Shown here: in pieces, positions 1-13,300 of the stretch | Layout: every line of letters starts with the position of its first letter | How positions within the stretch are numbered: position 1 is the first letter of the stretch | NCBI GenBank assembly: GCA_002269645.1 | Contig: NIVC01000695.1 | Location: 310,001 to 374,000 of the forward strand | Direction of reading: 5' to 3' | From: Macrostomum lignano | Taxonomy: Eukaryota | DNA length: 64,000 nt | Position numbers and translations under genes: made by a program | Notes under the pieces: generated by a model | Database searches by the model: none | Seen by the model: only the letters and a program-made list of their open reading frames with translations | Told to the model about the DNA's origin: nothing

Positions 1-723
1 GCCAGAAGTTTGGCTTGCGTGTCAGGGTATAAAAAAGATCATAAAATGGGTAATAAAAATTAGACCTAAATTAAATTAATTTCGCACATCAGCTTGGAAA
101 AAAGTAAATTTTTAATCGAAATTCCGTTTCAATCTGGCAACTTACAAGGACCACTGAAGTCACTTAAGTAGTCCTTAAGTAGTCACTTAAGTAGTCCTTG
201 GCAACTTATTGGTAATTACTGGTGCCCACTTCCACAGCACCTGAAACAATTTTTGCTAATGAACTGCCCTAGAAATTGAGCAATCACAGAGTTATCACGC
301 AATGACCACTCATTAACTGGTCACGAACATGTTTAAATATACTTTTTATTTTTGAATTCCCAGCTGTCTCTTGGGTTAGTTTCCTTTCAGAGAGATACTT
401 AATGGATACTCAGACCCAGTGAATCTCAGTCTTGCCTTTTGTTCCTACACGCTGATAAACACCCCAGATCTTTGTTTTACTAGAAGCAAAGGGTTGTGTG
501 CACCCTGGCGCAATTTAAGCGACATTGTCACACAACCGGCGAGAGGCATTGCTGCCCATTACGCCGACTTCCCTGAGCAGGCAAACAAGCGCGCGGATAC
601 GTACTCAGGCACACACTCACACAGATATGTACACTTCACTATGCCTTGGAAGTTGGCCCTCAAGGGCGTTGTTAATTGCACGAGCAGAGCCAACCCGAGA
701 TTCCAATTTAGCCCCAAATTAAT

Positions 724-797
724 GTGACTGCACTTGGAATCGAGCCTGGGCCGCTGGCACATCAGAGCGCGCGCTGGACCACTGAGCTACGGCTCCC
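724..797 (-). mobile_element. tRNA-derived SINE-like head / degenerate tRNA pseudogene in netrin intron 2
   Basis: Minus strand reads GGAGCCGTAGCTCAGTGGTCCAGC...CCAGGCTCGATTCCAAG: Pol III A box (TAGCTCAGTGG) and B-box-like GGCTCGATTCC at tRNA spacing, but the acceptor stem does not pair. Confidence 0.6.
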
Positions 798-802
798 GCC
801 CT

Positions 803-1187
803 AGAGCTAGCTAAACTGATAAACACCACAGAGCTAGCTAAACTGATAAACAGCCCAGAGCTAGCTAAACTGATAAACACCCCATAGCTAGCTAAACTGA
901 TAAACACCCCAGAGCTAGCTTAACTGATAAACACCCCATAGCTAGCTAAACTGATAAACACCCCATAGCTAGCTAAACTGATAAACACCCCATAGCTAGC
1001 TAAACTGATAAACACCCCATAGCTAGCTAAACTGATAAACACCCCATAGCTAGCTAAACTGATAAACACCCCAGAGCTAGCTAAACTGATAAACACCCCA
1101 TAGCTAGCTAAACTGATAAACACCCCAGAGCTAGCTAAACTGATAAACACCCCATAGCTAGCTAAACTGATAAACACCCCGAGCTAA
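803..1187. repeat. 27-bp minisatellite (AGCTAGCTAAACTGATAAACACCCCAT), about 14 copies, in netrin intron 2
   Basis: Direct tandem repetition; gives the 9-aa periodic ORF VFISLASYG. Confidence 0.97.
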
Positions 1188-1208
1188 AGGCCAAGTCAGG
1201 CCACTCAC

Positions 1209-1802
1209 GTCGACACTGCGTCGGCTGCTCCTGTGTGCCGCGCCTCCACGGCAGGTCGACCCAGAACGGCTTGCACCGCTCGCAGTCCTCGCCCTCAGTG
1301 CCGTGCTGGCAGTCGCAGACGCTGGCTCCCGGCCCGCCCGCCTTCGAGCTCGGCAAGCACCGGGCCGCGTGCCCGTTGCAGAAGCACCGGCCGCCGACGT
1401 CGATATTCGAAAGGGCGAAAGCGTCGCCAACGGCAACAGCTGGAAAATCTCGACGACGGCTTCTCCAATCTGAGAGGGGCGACTGCTGTCGGCGCTGCTT
1501 GCGTCGGAGCAGCAGCCGGATGTCGGTCGCCAGCATCCAGTCGGCGATGATTGGGTCGCGATCGCGATCTTCCTGCGGCCGATAGCGCTTGAAGTTCGTG
1601 CTGAAGCTCAGGACGATTCGATCCATCGAGTTGCTTCTTCGATTTTTGTCGGAGTGTGGCGAAGAGTCGAACTTGTCGGTGTCGGAGTTGGCCGATCCGG
1701 GGACGGCAGGATCCACCTGGCTGGTATCGCTGCAGACCACTTCGCGAGGATCTTTGAGGAACGGCGAGAGTGAAGGGTCCAGAGAGAGAGTGCGTGATGT
1801 AC
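1209..1802 (-). CDS. Netrin-like gene, exon 2 (end of laminin N-terminal domain plus first laminin-EGF repeat); gene continues beyond the window start
   Basis: GGRCFCNGHAARC...CDCQHGTEGEDCERCKPFWVDLPWRRGT..TQC matches netrin LE1. Donor C|GTGAGT at 1208 (phase 1). Acceptor ATCAAG| at 1803 is phase-compatible with exon 1 but less certain. Confidence 0.88.
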
Positions 1803-1984
1803 CTTGATAAAGGTAACTTCAATATGCAACCCAGAATTCGTCAGGGATATCTCAAAGTACAGGTAGCTTACATTATAGATGATATGACATTAAGCACAGG
1901 TAGCTTACACAACGGATGTAACTAGGTACAGTTATTTAACGTTACGGATGCAATTAAATTAAGTACAGGTGTCTAAAATTACGT

Positions 1985-2237
1985 ATGTAATTAAGTACAG
2001 ACAACTTACACCTACATTACGGATGTAATTAAGTACAGGCAACTTACACCTACATTACGGATGTAATTAAGTACAGGCAACTTACACCTACATTACGGAT
2101 GTAATTAAGTACAGGCAACTTACACCTACATTACGGATGTAATTAAGTACAGATAACTTACACCTATTTTACGGATGTAATTAAGTACAGGCAACTTACA
2201 CCTACATTACGGATGTAATTAAGTACAGATAACTTAC
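1985..2237. repeat. 38-bp minisatellite (GGATGTAATTAAGTACAGGCAACTTACACCTACATTAC), about 6 copies plus degenerate units back to ~1860, in netrin intron 1
   Basis: Direct tandem repetition. Confidence 0.95.
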
Positions 2238-2294
2238 AAAAATTCAACACATACAATACACGTACTGCAGAAGAAACTAGCATTATCCCCTTAC

Positions 2295-2913
2295 TAATAT
2301 AAACTCCAAAGTCGTACGAATAGCCGGCCCTGTGCCCTGGATAGTCGGCACTGCAGTTGTTGGAGAACAGGTGCCACAGCTGCCAGGTGGCACCGAAGTC
2401 CGCTGACTTGTAGGCCTCAATAGCGTCGGGCAGCCCGAGTCCGCAGTCTGTCAGACTCACATAATAAACCGTGTGCTTCTTGCCCAAGCTGAGCGTCAGA
2501 TTCACACCTGAATCGTCAGGGGAAACTCGACCGGAAATCCAACAGGTGCTGTGCACGTGATAGTCGGTCAGGTGACTGGCTGAATAGCTCAACTTCCGCT
2601 GCTCAGAGTCGCACAGGTCGCAGAAACCTCTACGACTGCAGACTCGAATTGGGGGGCTGCCGCAGGTGCTGCTGGCAACTACCTGGCGATTGACAGCCAG
2701 ATTTTCGAATGGCGGCTCGCAATATTTGGCGTCGCGTTGTTCCTGGCCGCCATGGTTACCAAAGACAGCTTTGCCATCGTAGCGTGTAGCAGCCGATGTC
2801 GGTGAGTAGCAGTCGGACTCTGAGCCGAGTGCCGCTGAGCGAGTCAGGCACAGCGCAGGCAGAATCAGTGCTGCAAACCGACTGAGATGCATAGCCGCTG
2901 CTGACAAAAGCAT
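2295..2913 (-). CDS. Netrin-like gene, exon 1 (signal peptide plus laminin N-terminal domain)
   Basis: Hydrophobic leader then CEPPFENLAVNRQVVASSTCGSPP, VNLTLSLGKKHTVYYVSL and YKSADFGATW, typical netrin LN motifs. Phase-1 donor A|GTAAGG at 2294 chosen for frame match; a donor at 2265 is an alternative. Confidence 0.88.
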
Positions 2914-3088
2914 GGAATTGGAGAGGCTGACGCTGCCACCCCCCCCCCAAATATTCTATTTGAAAAGGCAGTCAGAGCCTCGCTTCGCTGCGCATCCCGA
3001 AGTCTTCGCTGATTGGCTGCGGAGAAGCTGAACCCCTTCATCACTTGCTGGAGCGAACCAATTGTCAATGCCTGTTGACTTTCTAATA

Positions 3089-3162
3089 TACTCGTAGTAG
3101 TCTAGTGGTTACACAACTTTAGACTCACGACTGAAAGGTCGCGGGTTCGATTCTCGACCCAA
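3089..3162 (+). mobile_element. Isolated tRNA-derived SINE head (same family as the SINE at 52545-52789)
   Basis: TAGTCTAGTGG A box and GGTTCGATTC B box; shares GACTCACGACTGAAAGGTC..GGGTTCGATTCTCGACCC with the 52.7-kb element but lacks its CORE body. Confidence 0.65.
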
Positions 3163-3947
3163 TTAAGAACATGGTAAGTCACGCCCAAAAAAGTAGACAA
3201 AAATAAAAATTAAAGTAATTTTCATTGAATTTCCCATTCAAACTTGGATGACAATTTGTGTGAGTTTGTGCTCAAGTTAATAGTTTACTTAGACAGAAGT
3301 TGTACTATATTGCTCAGAACATCAATTTATAGTCGAGAAATAGAGTAACAATATTTAGGCATTTTTACCATAGACTATAATAAATTTTCAGTCTAACAAC
3401 AAAATAAAAACACAAATTTATTGAATTTAAACAGCTAATTATTTTCCTAGGGCTCCAATGGTAAAGTGGCAAACACCAGATAGTAAATAATCAACCACCG
3501 AGTAAGTAATTACGGAAACAGCGAAAAATCATACTTTGCTCGTAGTTAAAACAAATAGAATAGCAAAAGCACAGAAGCAAACAGGCATCAATTGTTATCT
3601 GAGTAGATATAATGAGGAATTATTAGTTTCTATTAAAGTTATTTTTCCTGTTATTTTTCTTAACTGTCCCGCAACAAATTGACAGATAAATAATGACACA
3701 AGCAAATTGATTTGCTTAAAATGTCTTTCATGGAAACCACAAAATTCAAAAGAATGAACGCAAGAGCAGAGATGCAAGAATTTTATTATTATTATTAATA
3801 TTAGTTAATAGCTTAACTAAAACACATTCACTACTCAGACTCAGCAGAAATCTCCCGGAAAAAAACAACAAATTTAATAATTATTATATATTCGTCAAGT
3901 TCTGCTAAGTTTAGCCAACAACAACAAAATCTGCTGCTTCCAAGACA

Positions 3948-4713
3948 TCAATCGTCAAAGTTCAGATCCTCATCAAGATTGACATCGGACGGGTCAACTT
4001 GGTCCATGTTCAAGTTTTTCAAATCCTGCTCCAGCTCCTGCTCCAGATCGTCGTCATCAACGGCGGCCGCGGTGGCTGCAGCGGCAGCGGCGGAGGCCAG
4101 CACCGCTGCGGAGCTTTTGACACCATCGTCAACAGCGTCTGCGAAGGCCTCAGCACCGCTAGACGATGACTCCTCCCGATCGGCACCCCCGTCGAAGACA
4201 AACTGACCGCTGGCGATGGCCGCCAGAGCCTCCTCGATCGGCCGGCGCTCCCAGTTAGGCGTCAGGCCGGCCTGGTCGGTTGCCGGGCGACCGCGGAGCT
4301 GCCGCCTCTCCTGGCGCATGTAGGCCTCGGCTTTGACGGAGTCCTCCAGCTCGGGGAACAGGTTGGGATAGTCGGCAGGATCGGCCAGAGCCTGTGCGGC
4401 TTTCTCGTTAGCCTTGGCCAGGTTGGCCTTCCACAGCTGCACAGCTCGGGACACCTGGGACGGCAGGTAGGTGCGGGCGAACAGGGCGGCCTCAGGCAGC
4501 CGGTTGGCGGCGATCAGAACTTCTAAACAGGCCTCCAGGTCGCCTAGAAGAAACTGGGCCAAGAAAGCGACGTTGCTCTGGCCGCCGGTTGAAGACTCTC
4601 TGGCCAGACGGTCGACCATGCCGGCATTGCCAGTGCTGGTTGCCAGGAGCAGCAGGGAGCCGAAGTCCTTGGCTTGGGCCAGGCACTCCTGGGCTAGCTG
4701 GAGGTCATTGTGC
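3948..4713 (-). CDS. COPB2: Coatomer subunit beta-prime, exon 6 (last coding exon)
   Basis: LAQECLAQAKDFGSLLLLATSTGNAGMV...RLPEAALFARTYLPSQVSR...ALADPADYPNLFP with acidic C-tail. Acceptor CTGCAG| at 4714 (phase 2), stop at 3948. Confidence 0.96.
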
Positions 4714-4835
4714 CTGCAGTTGGAGTGGTTGATACAGCGCGCACAGGATTATCTATCAGCACAGGATTATCTATTGTGCACAAATCGATTAATCCAAAAA
4801 ATTCATTGCCGCTTAAAGTCCCAGCTTTGCCACTA

Positions 4836-5712
4836 CCCAAATAATCTCACCCCGAGATTTTCAGCTACCCTCATTATCTCCCCCTGAGATTTTTAGCTAC
4901 CCCCAAAATCTCACCCTGAGATTTTCAGCTACCACAGGATCTCACCCTCAGATTGGAAACATCCCAGAATTCCGATCCTTAAGAGATTGGAAACATTAAA
5001 AAATCTCACCTTAGATTTAAAAACATCCCAGAATCTCACCCTGAGATTGGAGACATCTCAATATCTCATCTTGTGATTAAAGACATCTCAGAACCTCACC
5101 TTGAGATTAAATACACCCCAGAATCTCATCCTCAGATTGGAAACATCCCAGAATCGAATCCCTAAGAGATTGGAAACATTCCAAAATCTCACCCTCAGAG
5201 ATTGGAAACATCCCAGAATCTCACCCTGAGATTGGAGACATCTAAAAATCTCATCTTGTGATTAAAGACATCTCAGAATCTCACCTTGAGATTAAATACA
5301 CCCCAGAATCTCATCCTCAGATTGGAAACATCCCAGAATCTGATCCCTAAGAGATTGGAAACATTCCAGAATCTCACCCTCAGAGATTGGAAACATCCCA
5401 GAATCTCACCCTTATACCCGTAGATAGATTCTGAAAATCCCTGAATCTCACTCACCCTTAGATATTGGTCCACACATTCCAAAATCTCACCCTTAGATAT
5501 TGGTCCAAACATTCCAAAATCTCACCCTTAGATGCTGAAACTTCCTAGAATCTCAACCTGAGGTTGGAGACATCCTAAAATCTCATCTTGAGATCAAAGA
5601 CATCCCAGAATCTCACCCTAAGATTGGAGACATCCCAGAATCTCAACCTTAGATTAGAAACTTCCCACCCTTAGAGAATGAAAAAACCCCAGAATCTCAC
5701 CCTGAGATTGGG
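4836..5712. repeat. Degenerate ~30-bp minisatellite with palindromic core AATCTCA-CCC-TGAGATT and a ~185-bp higher-order duplication, COPB2 intron 5
   Basis: Recurrent CCCAGAATCTCACCCTGAGATTGGAAACAT; block starting 5027 repeats at 5212. Confidence 0.9.
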
Positions 5713-5749
5713 AACACGAACCCCAAAGCAGAACTAACTCAGCACAAAC

Positions 5750-5961
5750 CTGGTGGCAGCGTCAGCCAGCAGTTTCCATTTCTGCTCCGACTCGGCCTCG
5801 CAGCAGATCTGTTTCGCCGTAGCCAAATCGCCGAGCTGCAGAGCCAGCTCGAACTTGTGCTCGGGATCTGTGGTCACAGCCAAGGCCTGGGCTTTGAAGC
5901 CTTGCTTTTCCAGAAAGTGGGCCACACGAGACCGTTGCGATCGTGGAATTGTGGGCAACAC
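5750..5961 (-). CDS. COPB2: Coatomer subunit beta-prime, exon 5
   Basis: VLPTIPRSQRSRVAHFLEKQGFKAQALAVTTDPEHKFELALQLGDL; TTTCAG| acceptor at 5962, AG|GTTTGT donor at 5749. Confidence 0.96.
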
Positions 5962-6121
5962 CTGAAAGTATAAAGTATAGTATAGAAGAATAAGAATATA
6001 GAAGAGATTAAAAACCTTGCCGTACTACTTAGTAGCGTAGTTAGAAGGCAAAATAAAAAACAATAATTTGTTTTTTTCTAAAAAAAGCTTTCAAGGTTCG
6101 CATACATACTTCAGTTATACC

Positions 6122-6745
6122 CAAACCTACTCAAAAATCACTCAACCTACTCAGGAGTCACCCAACCTACTTAGGAGACGCCAAAACCTACTTAGGAGAC
6201 GCCAAAATCTACTTAGGAGACGCCAAAATCTACTCAGGAGTCACCCAACCTACTCAGGAATCGCCCAACCTACTCAGGAGTCACCCAACCTACTCAGGAA
6301 TCCCCCAACCTACTCAGGAGTCACCCAACCTACTCAGGAATCCCCCAACCTACTCAGGAGTCACCAAACCTAACCTATTCACGAGTCACCAAACCTAACC
6401 TATTCACGAGTCACCAAACCTACTCACGAGTCACCAAACCTACTCACGAGTCACCAAACCTACTCACGAGTCACCAAACCTACTCAAGAGTCACCAAATC
6501 TACTCACGAGTCACTCCAACCTACTCAGGAATCGACCAACCTACTTAGGTTGTCACTCAACCTACTCAGAAGTCATTCAACCTACTCAGGAGTCACCCAA
6601 ACATACTCAGGAGTCACCCAATCATACTCAGGAGTCACCCAAACATACTCAGGAGTCACCCAAACATACTCAGGAGTCACCCAAACATACTCAGGAGTCA
6701 CCCAAACATACTCAGGTGTCACCAAAACCTACTCAGAAATCAGCC
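6122..6745. repeat. 21-bp minisatellite (ACCTACTCAGGAGTCACCCAA and variants), COPB2 intron 4
   Basis: Direct tandem repetition in several sub-blocks. Confidence 0.95.
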
Positions 6746-6794
6746 AACACACCCAGTGCTACTAAGTATAAAAATATTGCCACAATTAACTAAC

Positions 6795-7325
6795 CTGATC
6801 GGCTGTGTCAAAATCTTTCCGCATAACGGCAGTCTGGTACTCCAGCACAGACACAAGCAAACTGTAGCTGACAATATTCAGCTCCTTGTCGCCCAGATAC
6901 AACCGGTTCTCCTTGGGTATGTAGCCCAGAACGTACATGACCCGATCTAGATGAGCAACAGTACACAACTCGCCACCGACATAATAGTTCAACCGATTAA
7001 CGGCATTAGTATAGATGAAGCAGTCGCCAACCCACAAACCAGTTCGAACGGATTCCTCTGTCTCGCCAAGGACGTCGAAAGCGTCTTCTACGCCGTCCTC
7101 GGTCAGGCCAACTTTGGTCTGCTTGGCGGTGGCCACGGCTTCGGGTTTGTAGCGCAGTACAAAATAGCTCTCCTCGGTTGCTATGGCAACTAATTCGGAG
7201 GATTCATTCCAGAAAACTAGCTTTGGCGTTATCTCGATACGGCGGACCATGTCGCCGCTCTCCCAGTCGTAGAAGGCGAGGCCGCTGACGGAGCGAACGC
7301 CAAGCATGGCGCCACCGTAGATGCC
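6795..7325 (-). CDS. COPB2: Coatomer subunit beta-prime, exon 4
   Basis: GIYGGAMLGVRSVSGLAFYDWE...GLWVGDCFIYTNAVNRLNYYVGGE...VLEYQTAVMRKDFDTADQ; TTGCAG| at 7326, CAG|GTTAGT at 6794; 531 nt, phase 0 at both ends. Confidence 0.97.
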
Positions 7326-10300
7326 CTGCAAGAGTTGATTGAGTGTTTGGCTAGATTAGCAATCCACTCTATTCTCAATATGATTGGCTAGATTAGCAAT
7401 CCACTCTATTCTAAATATGATTGGCTAGATTAGCAATCCACTCTACTCTCAATATGATTGGCTAGATTAGCAATCCACTCTATTCTCAAGATGATTGGCT
7501 AGATTAGCAATCCACTCTATTCTTAATATGATTGGCTAGATTAGCAATCCACTCTATTCTCAATATGATTGGCTAGATTAGCAATCCACTCTATTCTTTG
7601 GCTAGATTAGCAATCCACTCTATTCTTTGGCTAGATTAGCAATCCACTCTATTCTAAATATGATTGGCTAGATTAGCAATCCACTCTATTCTGAAGATAA
7701 TTGACTAGATTAGCAATCCACTCTATTCTCAAGATGATTGGCTAGATTAGCAATCCACTCTATTCTAAATATGATTGGCTAGATTAGCAATCCACTCTAT
7801 TCTGAAGATGATTGACTAGATTAGCAATCCACTTTATTCTAAATATGATTGGCTAGATTAGCAATCCACTCTATTCTGAAGATGATTGAGTAGATTAGCA
7901 ATCCACTCTATTCTAAATATGATTGGCTAGATTAGCAATCCACTCTATTCTCAATATGATTGGCTAGATTAGCAATCCACTCTATTCTAAATATGATTGG
8001 CTAGATTAGCAATCCACTCTATTCTGAAGATGATTGACTAGATTAGCAATCCACTTTATTCTAAATATGATTGGCTAGATTAGCAATCCACTCTATTCTG
8101 AAGATGATTGACTAGATTAGCAATCCACTCTATTCTAAATATGATTGGCTAGATTAGCAATCCACTCTATTCTCAATATGATTGGCTAGATTAGCAATCC
8201 ACTCTATTCTAAAGATGATTGGCTAGATTAGCAATCCACTCTATTCTCAATATGATTGGCTAGATTAGCAATCCACTCTATTCTAAATATGATTGGCTAG
8301 ATTAGCAATCCACTCTATTCTAAATATGATTGGCTAGATTAGCAATCCACTCTATTCTAAATATGATTGGCTAGATTAGCAATCCACTCTATTCTGAAGA
8401 TGATTGACTAGATTAGCAATCCACTCTATTCTCAAGATGATTGGCTAGATTAGCAATCCACTCTATTCTCAATATGATTGGCTAGATTAGCAATCCACTC
8501 TATTATAAATATGATTGGCTAGATTAGCAATCCACTCTATTCTGAAGATGATTGACTAGATTAGCAATCCACTTTATTCTAAATATGATTGGCTAGATTA
8601 GCAATCCACTCTATTCTGAAGATGATTGACTAGATTAGCAATCCACTTTATTCTAAATATGATTGGCTAGATTAGCAATCCACTCTATTCTGAAGATGAT
8701 TGAGTAGATTAGCAATCCACTCTATTCTAAATATGATTGGCTAGATTAGCAATCCACTCTATTCTCAAGATGATTGACTAGATTAGCAATCCACTCTATT
8801 CTCAATATGATTGGCTAGATTAGCAATCCACTCTATTATAAATATGATTGGCTAGATTAGCAATCCACTCTATTCTGAAGATGATTGACTAGATTAGCAA
8901 TCCACTCTATTCTAAATATGATTGGCTAGATTAGCAATCCACTCTATTCTGAAGATGATTGACTAGATTAGCAATCCACTCTATTCTAAATATGATTGGC
9001 TAGATTAGCAATCCACTCTATTCTAAATATGATTGGCTAGATTAGCAATCCACTCTATTCTGAAGATGATTGACTAGATTAGCAATCCACTCTATTCTAA
9101 ATATGATTGGCTAGATTAGCAATCCACTCTATTCTGAAGATGATTGACTAGATTAGCAATCCACTCTATTCTAAATATGATTGGCTAGATTAGCAATCCA
9201 CTCTATTCTCAATATGATTGGCTAGATTAGCAATCCACTCTATTCTAAAGATGATTGGCTAGATTAGCAATCCACTCTATTCTCAATATGATTGGCTAGA
9301 TTAGCAATCCACTCTATTCAAAATATGATTGGCTAGATTAGCAATCCACTCTATTCTAAATATGATTGGCTAGATTAGCAATCCACTCTATTCTAAATAT
9401 GATTGGCTAGATTAGCAATCCACTCTATTCTGAAGATAATTGACTAGATTAGCAATCCACTCTATTCTCAAGATGATTGGCTAGATTAGCAATCCACTCT
9501 ATTCTCAATATGATTGGCTAGATTAGCAATCCACTATATTATAAATATGATTGGCTAGATTAGCAATCCACTCTATTCTGAAGATGATTGACTAGATTAG
9601 CAATCCACTCTATTCTAAATATGATTGGCTAGATTAGCAATCCACTCTATTCTGAAGATGATTGAGTAGATTAGCAATCCACTCTATTCTAAATATGATT
9701 GGCTAGATTAGCAATCCACTCTATTCTGAAGATGATTGGCTAGATTAGCAATCCACTCTATTCTCAATATGATTGGCTAGATTAGCAATCCACTCTATTC
9801 TAAATATGATTGGCTAGATTAGCAATCCACTCTATTCTGAAGATGATTGACTAGATTAGCAATCCACTCTATTCTGAAGATGATTGACTAGATTAGCAAT
9901 CCACTCTATTCTAAATATGATTGGCTAGATTAGAAATCTACTCTATTCTAAATATGATTGAGTAGATTAGCAATCCACTCTATTCTAAATATGATTGGCT
10001 AGATTAGCAATCCACTCTATTCTCAATATGATTGGCTAGATTAGCAATCCACTCTATTCTGAAGATGATTGGCTAGATTAGCAATCCACTCTATTCTCAA
10101 TATGATTGGCTAGATTAGCAATCCACTCTATTATAAATATGATTGGCTAGATTAGCAATCCACTCTATTCTGAAGATGATTGGCTAGATTAGCAATCCAC
10201 TCTATTCTGAAGATGATTGACTAGATTAGCAATCCACTTTATTCTAAATATGATTGGCTAGATTAGCAATCCACTCTATTCTGAAGATGATTGAGTAGAT

Positions 10301-13300
10301 TAGCAATCCACTCTATTCTAAATATGATTGGCTAGATTAGCAATCCACTCTATTCTCAATATGATTGGCTAGATTAGCAATCCACTCTATTCTAAAGATG
10401 ATTGGCTAGATTAGCAATCCACTCTATTCTCAATATGATTGGCTAGATTAGCAATCCACTCTATTCTAAATATGATTGGCTAGATTAGCAATCCACTCTA
10501 TTCTAAATATGATTGGCTAGATTAGCAATCCACTCTATTCTAAATATGATTGGCTAGATTAGCAATCCACTCTATTCTGAAGATGATTGACTAGATTAGC
10601 AATCCACTCTATTCTCAAGATGATTGGCTAGATTAGCAATCCACTCTATTCTCAATATGATTGGCTAGATTAGCAATCCACTCTATTCTAAATATGATTG
10701 GCTAGATTAGCAATCCACTCTATTCTGAAGATGATTGACTAGATTAGCAATCCACTCTATTCTAAATATGATTGGCTAGATTAGCAATCCACTCTATTCT
10801 GAAGATGATTGACTAGATTAGCAATCCACTTATTCTAAATATGATTGGCTAGATTAGCAATCCACTCTATTCTGAAGATGATTGAGTAGATTAGCAATCC
10901 ACTCTATTCTAAATATGATTGGCTAGATTAGCAATCCACTCTATTCTCAAGATGATTGGCTAGATTAGCAATCCACTCTATTCTCAATATGATTGGCTAG
11001 ATTAGCAATCCACTCTATTCTAAATATGATTGGCTAGATTAGCAATCCACTCTATTCTGAAGATGATTGACTAGATTAGCAATCCACTCTATTCTAAATA
11101 TGATTGGCTAGATTAGCAATCCACTCTATTCTGAAGATGATTGACTAGATTAGCAATCCACTCTATTCTAAATATGATTGGCTAGATTAGCAATCCACTC
11201 TATTCTAAATATTATTGGCTAGATTAGCAATCCACTCTATTCTGAAGATGATTGACTAGATTAGCAATCCACTCTATTCTAAATATGATTGGCTAGATTA
11301 GCAATCCACTCTATTCTGAAGATGATAAACTAGATTAGCAATCCACTCTATTCTAAATATGATTGGCTAGATTAGCAATCCACTCTATTCTCAATATGAT
11401 TGGCTAGATTAGCAATCCACTCTATTCTAAAGATGATTGGCTAGATTAGCAATCCACTCTATTCTCAAGATGATTGGCTAGATTAGCAATCCACTCTATT
11501 CTCAATATGATTGGCTAGATTAGCAATCCACTCTATTCTCAATATGATTGGCTAGATTAGCAATCCACTCTATTCTAAATATGATTGGCTAGATTAGCAA
11601 TCCACTCTATTCTGAAGATGATTGACTAGATTAGCAATCCACTCTATTCTAAATATGATTGGCTAGATTAGCAATCCACTCTATTCTGAAGATGATTGAC
11701 TAGATTAGCAATCCACTCTATTCTAAATATGATTGGCTAGATTAGCAATCCACTCTATTCTGAAGATGATTGAGCTAGATTAGCAATCCACTCTATTCTA
11801 AATATGATTGGCTAGATTAGCAATCCACTCTATTCTCAAGATGATTGGCTAGATTAGCAATCCACTCTATTCTAATATGATTGGCTAGATTAGCAATCCA
11901 CTCTATTCTAAATATGATTGGCTAGATTAGCAATCCACTCTATTCTGAAGATGATTGACTAGATTAGCAATCCACTCTATTCTAAATATGATTGGCTAGA
12001 TTAGCAATCCACTCTATTCTGAAGATGATTGACTAGATTAGCAATCCACTCTATTCTAAATATGATTGGCTAGATTAGCAATCCACTCTATTCTAAATAT
12101 GATTGGCTAGATTAGCAATCCACTCTATTCTGAAGATGATTGACTAGATTAGCAATCCACTCTATTCTAAATATGATTGGCTAGATTAGCAATCCACTCT
12201 ATTCTGAAGATGATTGACTAGATTAGCAATCCACTCTATTCTAAATATGATTGGCTAGATTAGCAATCCACTCTATTCTCAATATGATTGGCTAGATTAG
12301 CAATCCACTCTATTCTAAAGATGATTGGCTAGATTAGCAATCCACTCTATTCTCAAGATGATTGGCTAGATTAGCAATCCACTCTATTCTAATATGATTG
12401 GCTAGATTAGCAATCCACTCTATTCTCAATATGATTGGCTAGATTAGCAATCCACTCTATTCTAAATATGATTGGCTAGATTAGCAATCCACTCTATTCT
12501 AAGATGATTGGCTAGATTAGCAATCCACTCTATTCTAAGATGATTGGCTAGATTAGCAATCCACTCTATTCTAATATGATTGGCTAGATTAGCAATCCAC
12601 TCTATTCTAAATATGATTGGCTAGATTAGCAATCCACTCTATTCTGAAGATGATTGGCTAGATTAGCAATCCACTCTATTCTAAATATGATTGGCTAGAT
12701 TAGCAATCCACTCTATTCTGAAGATGATTGACTAGATTAGCAATCCACTCTATTCTAATATGATTGGCTAGATTAGCAATCCACTCTATTCTAAATGATT
12801 GGCTAGATTAGCAATCCACTCTATTCTAATATGATTGGCTAGATTAGCAATCCACTCTATTCTAAATATGATTGGCTAGATTAGCAATCCACTCTATTCT
12901 AAATATGATTGGCTAGATTAGCAATCCACTCTATTCTGAAGATGATTGGCTAGATTAGCAATCCACTCTATTCTAAATATGATTGGCTAGATTAGCAATC
13001 CACTCTATTCTGAAGATGATTGGCTAGATTAGCAATCCACTCTATTCTGAAGATGATTGGCTAGATTAGCAATCCACTCTATTCTAAATATGATTGGCTA
13101 GATTAGCAATCCACTCTATTCTGAAGATGATTGCTAGATTAGCAATCCACTCTATTCTAAATATGATTGGCTAGATTAGCAATCCACTCTATTCTAAATA
13201 TGATTGGCTAGATTAGCAATCCACTCTATTCTGAAGATGATTGACTAGATTAGCAATCCACTCTATTCTAAATATGATTGGCTAGATTAGCAATCCACTC

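Noticed and set aside
3089-3162. Functional tRNA-Val(CAC) gene
   Set aside because: Acceptor and T stems do not pair properly and the sequence matches the SINE head at 52.7 kb; the tRNA-like segment at 724-797 fails the same test.
1233-7193. Plus-strand ORFs overlapping netrin and COPB2 exons
   Set aside because: Antisense shadows of GC-rich coding exons with no independent protein features.
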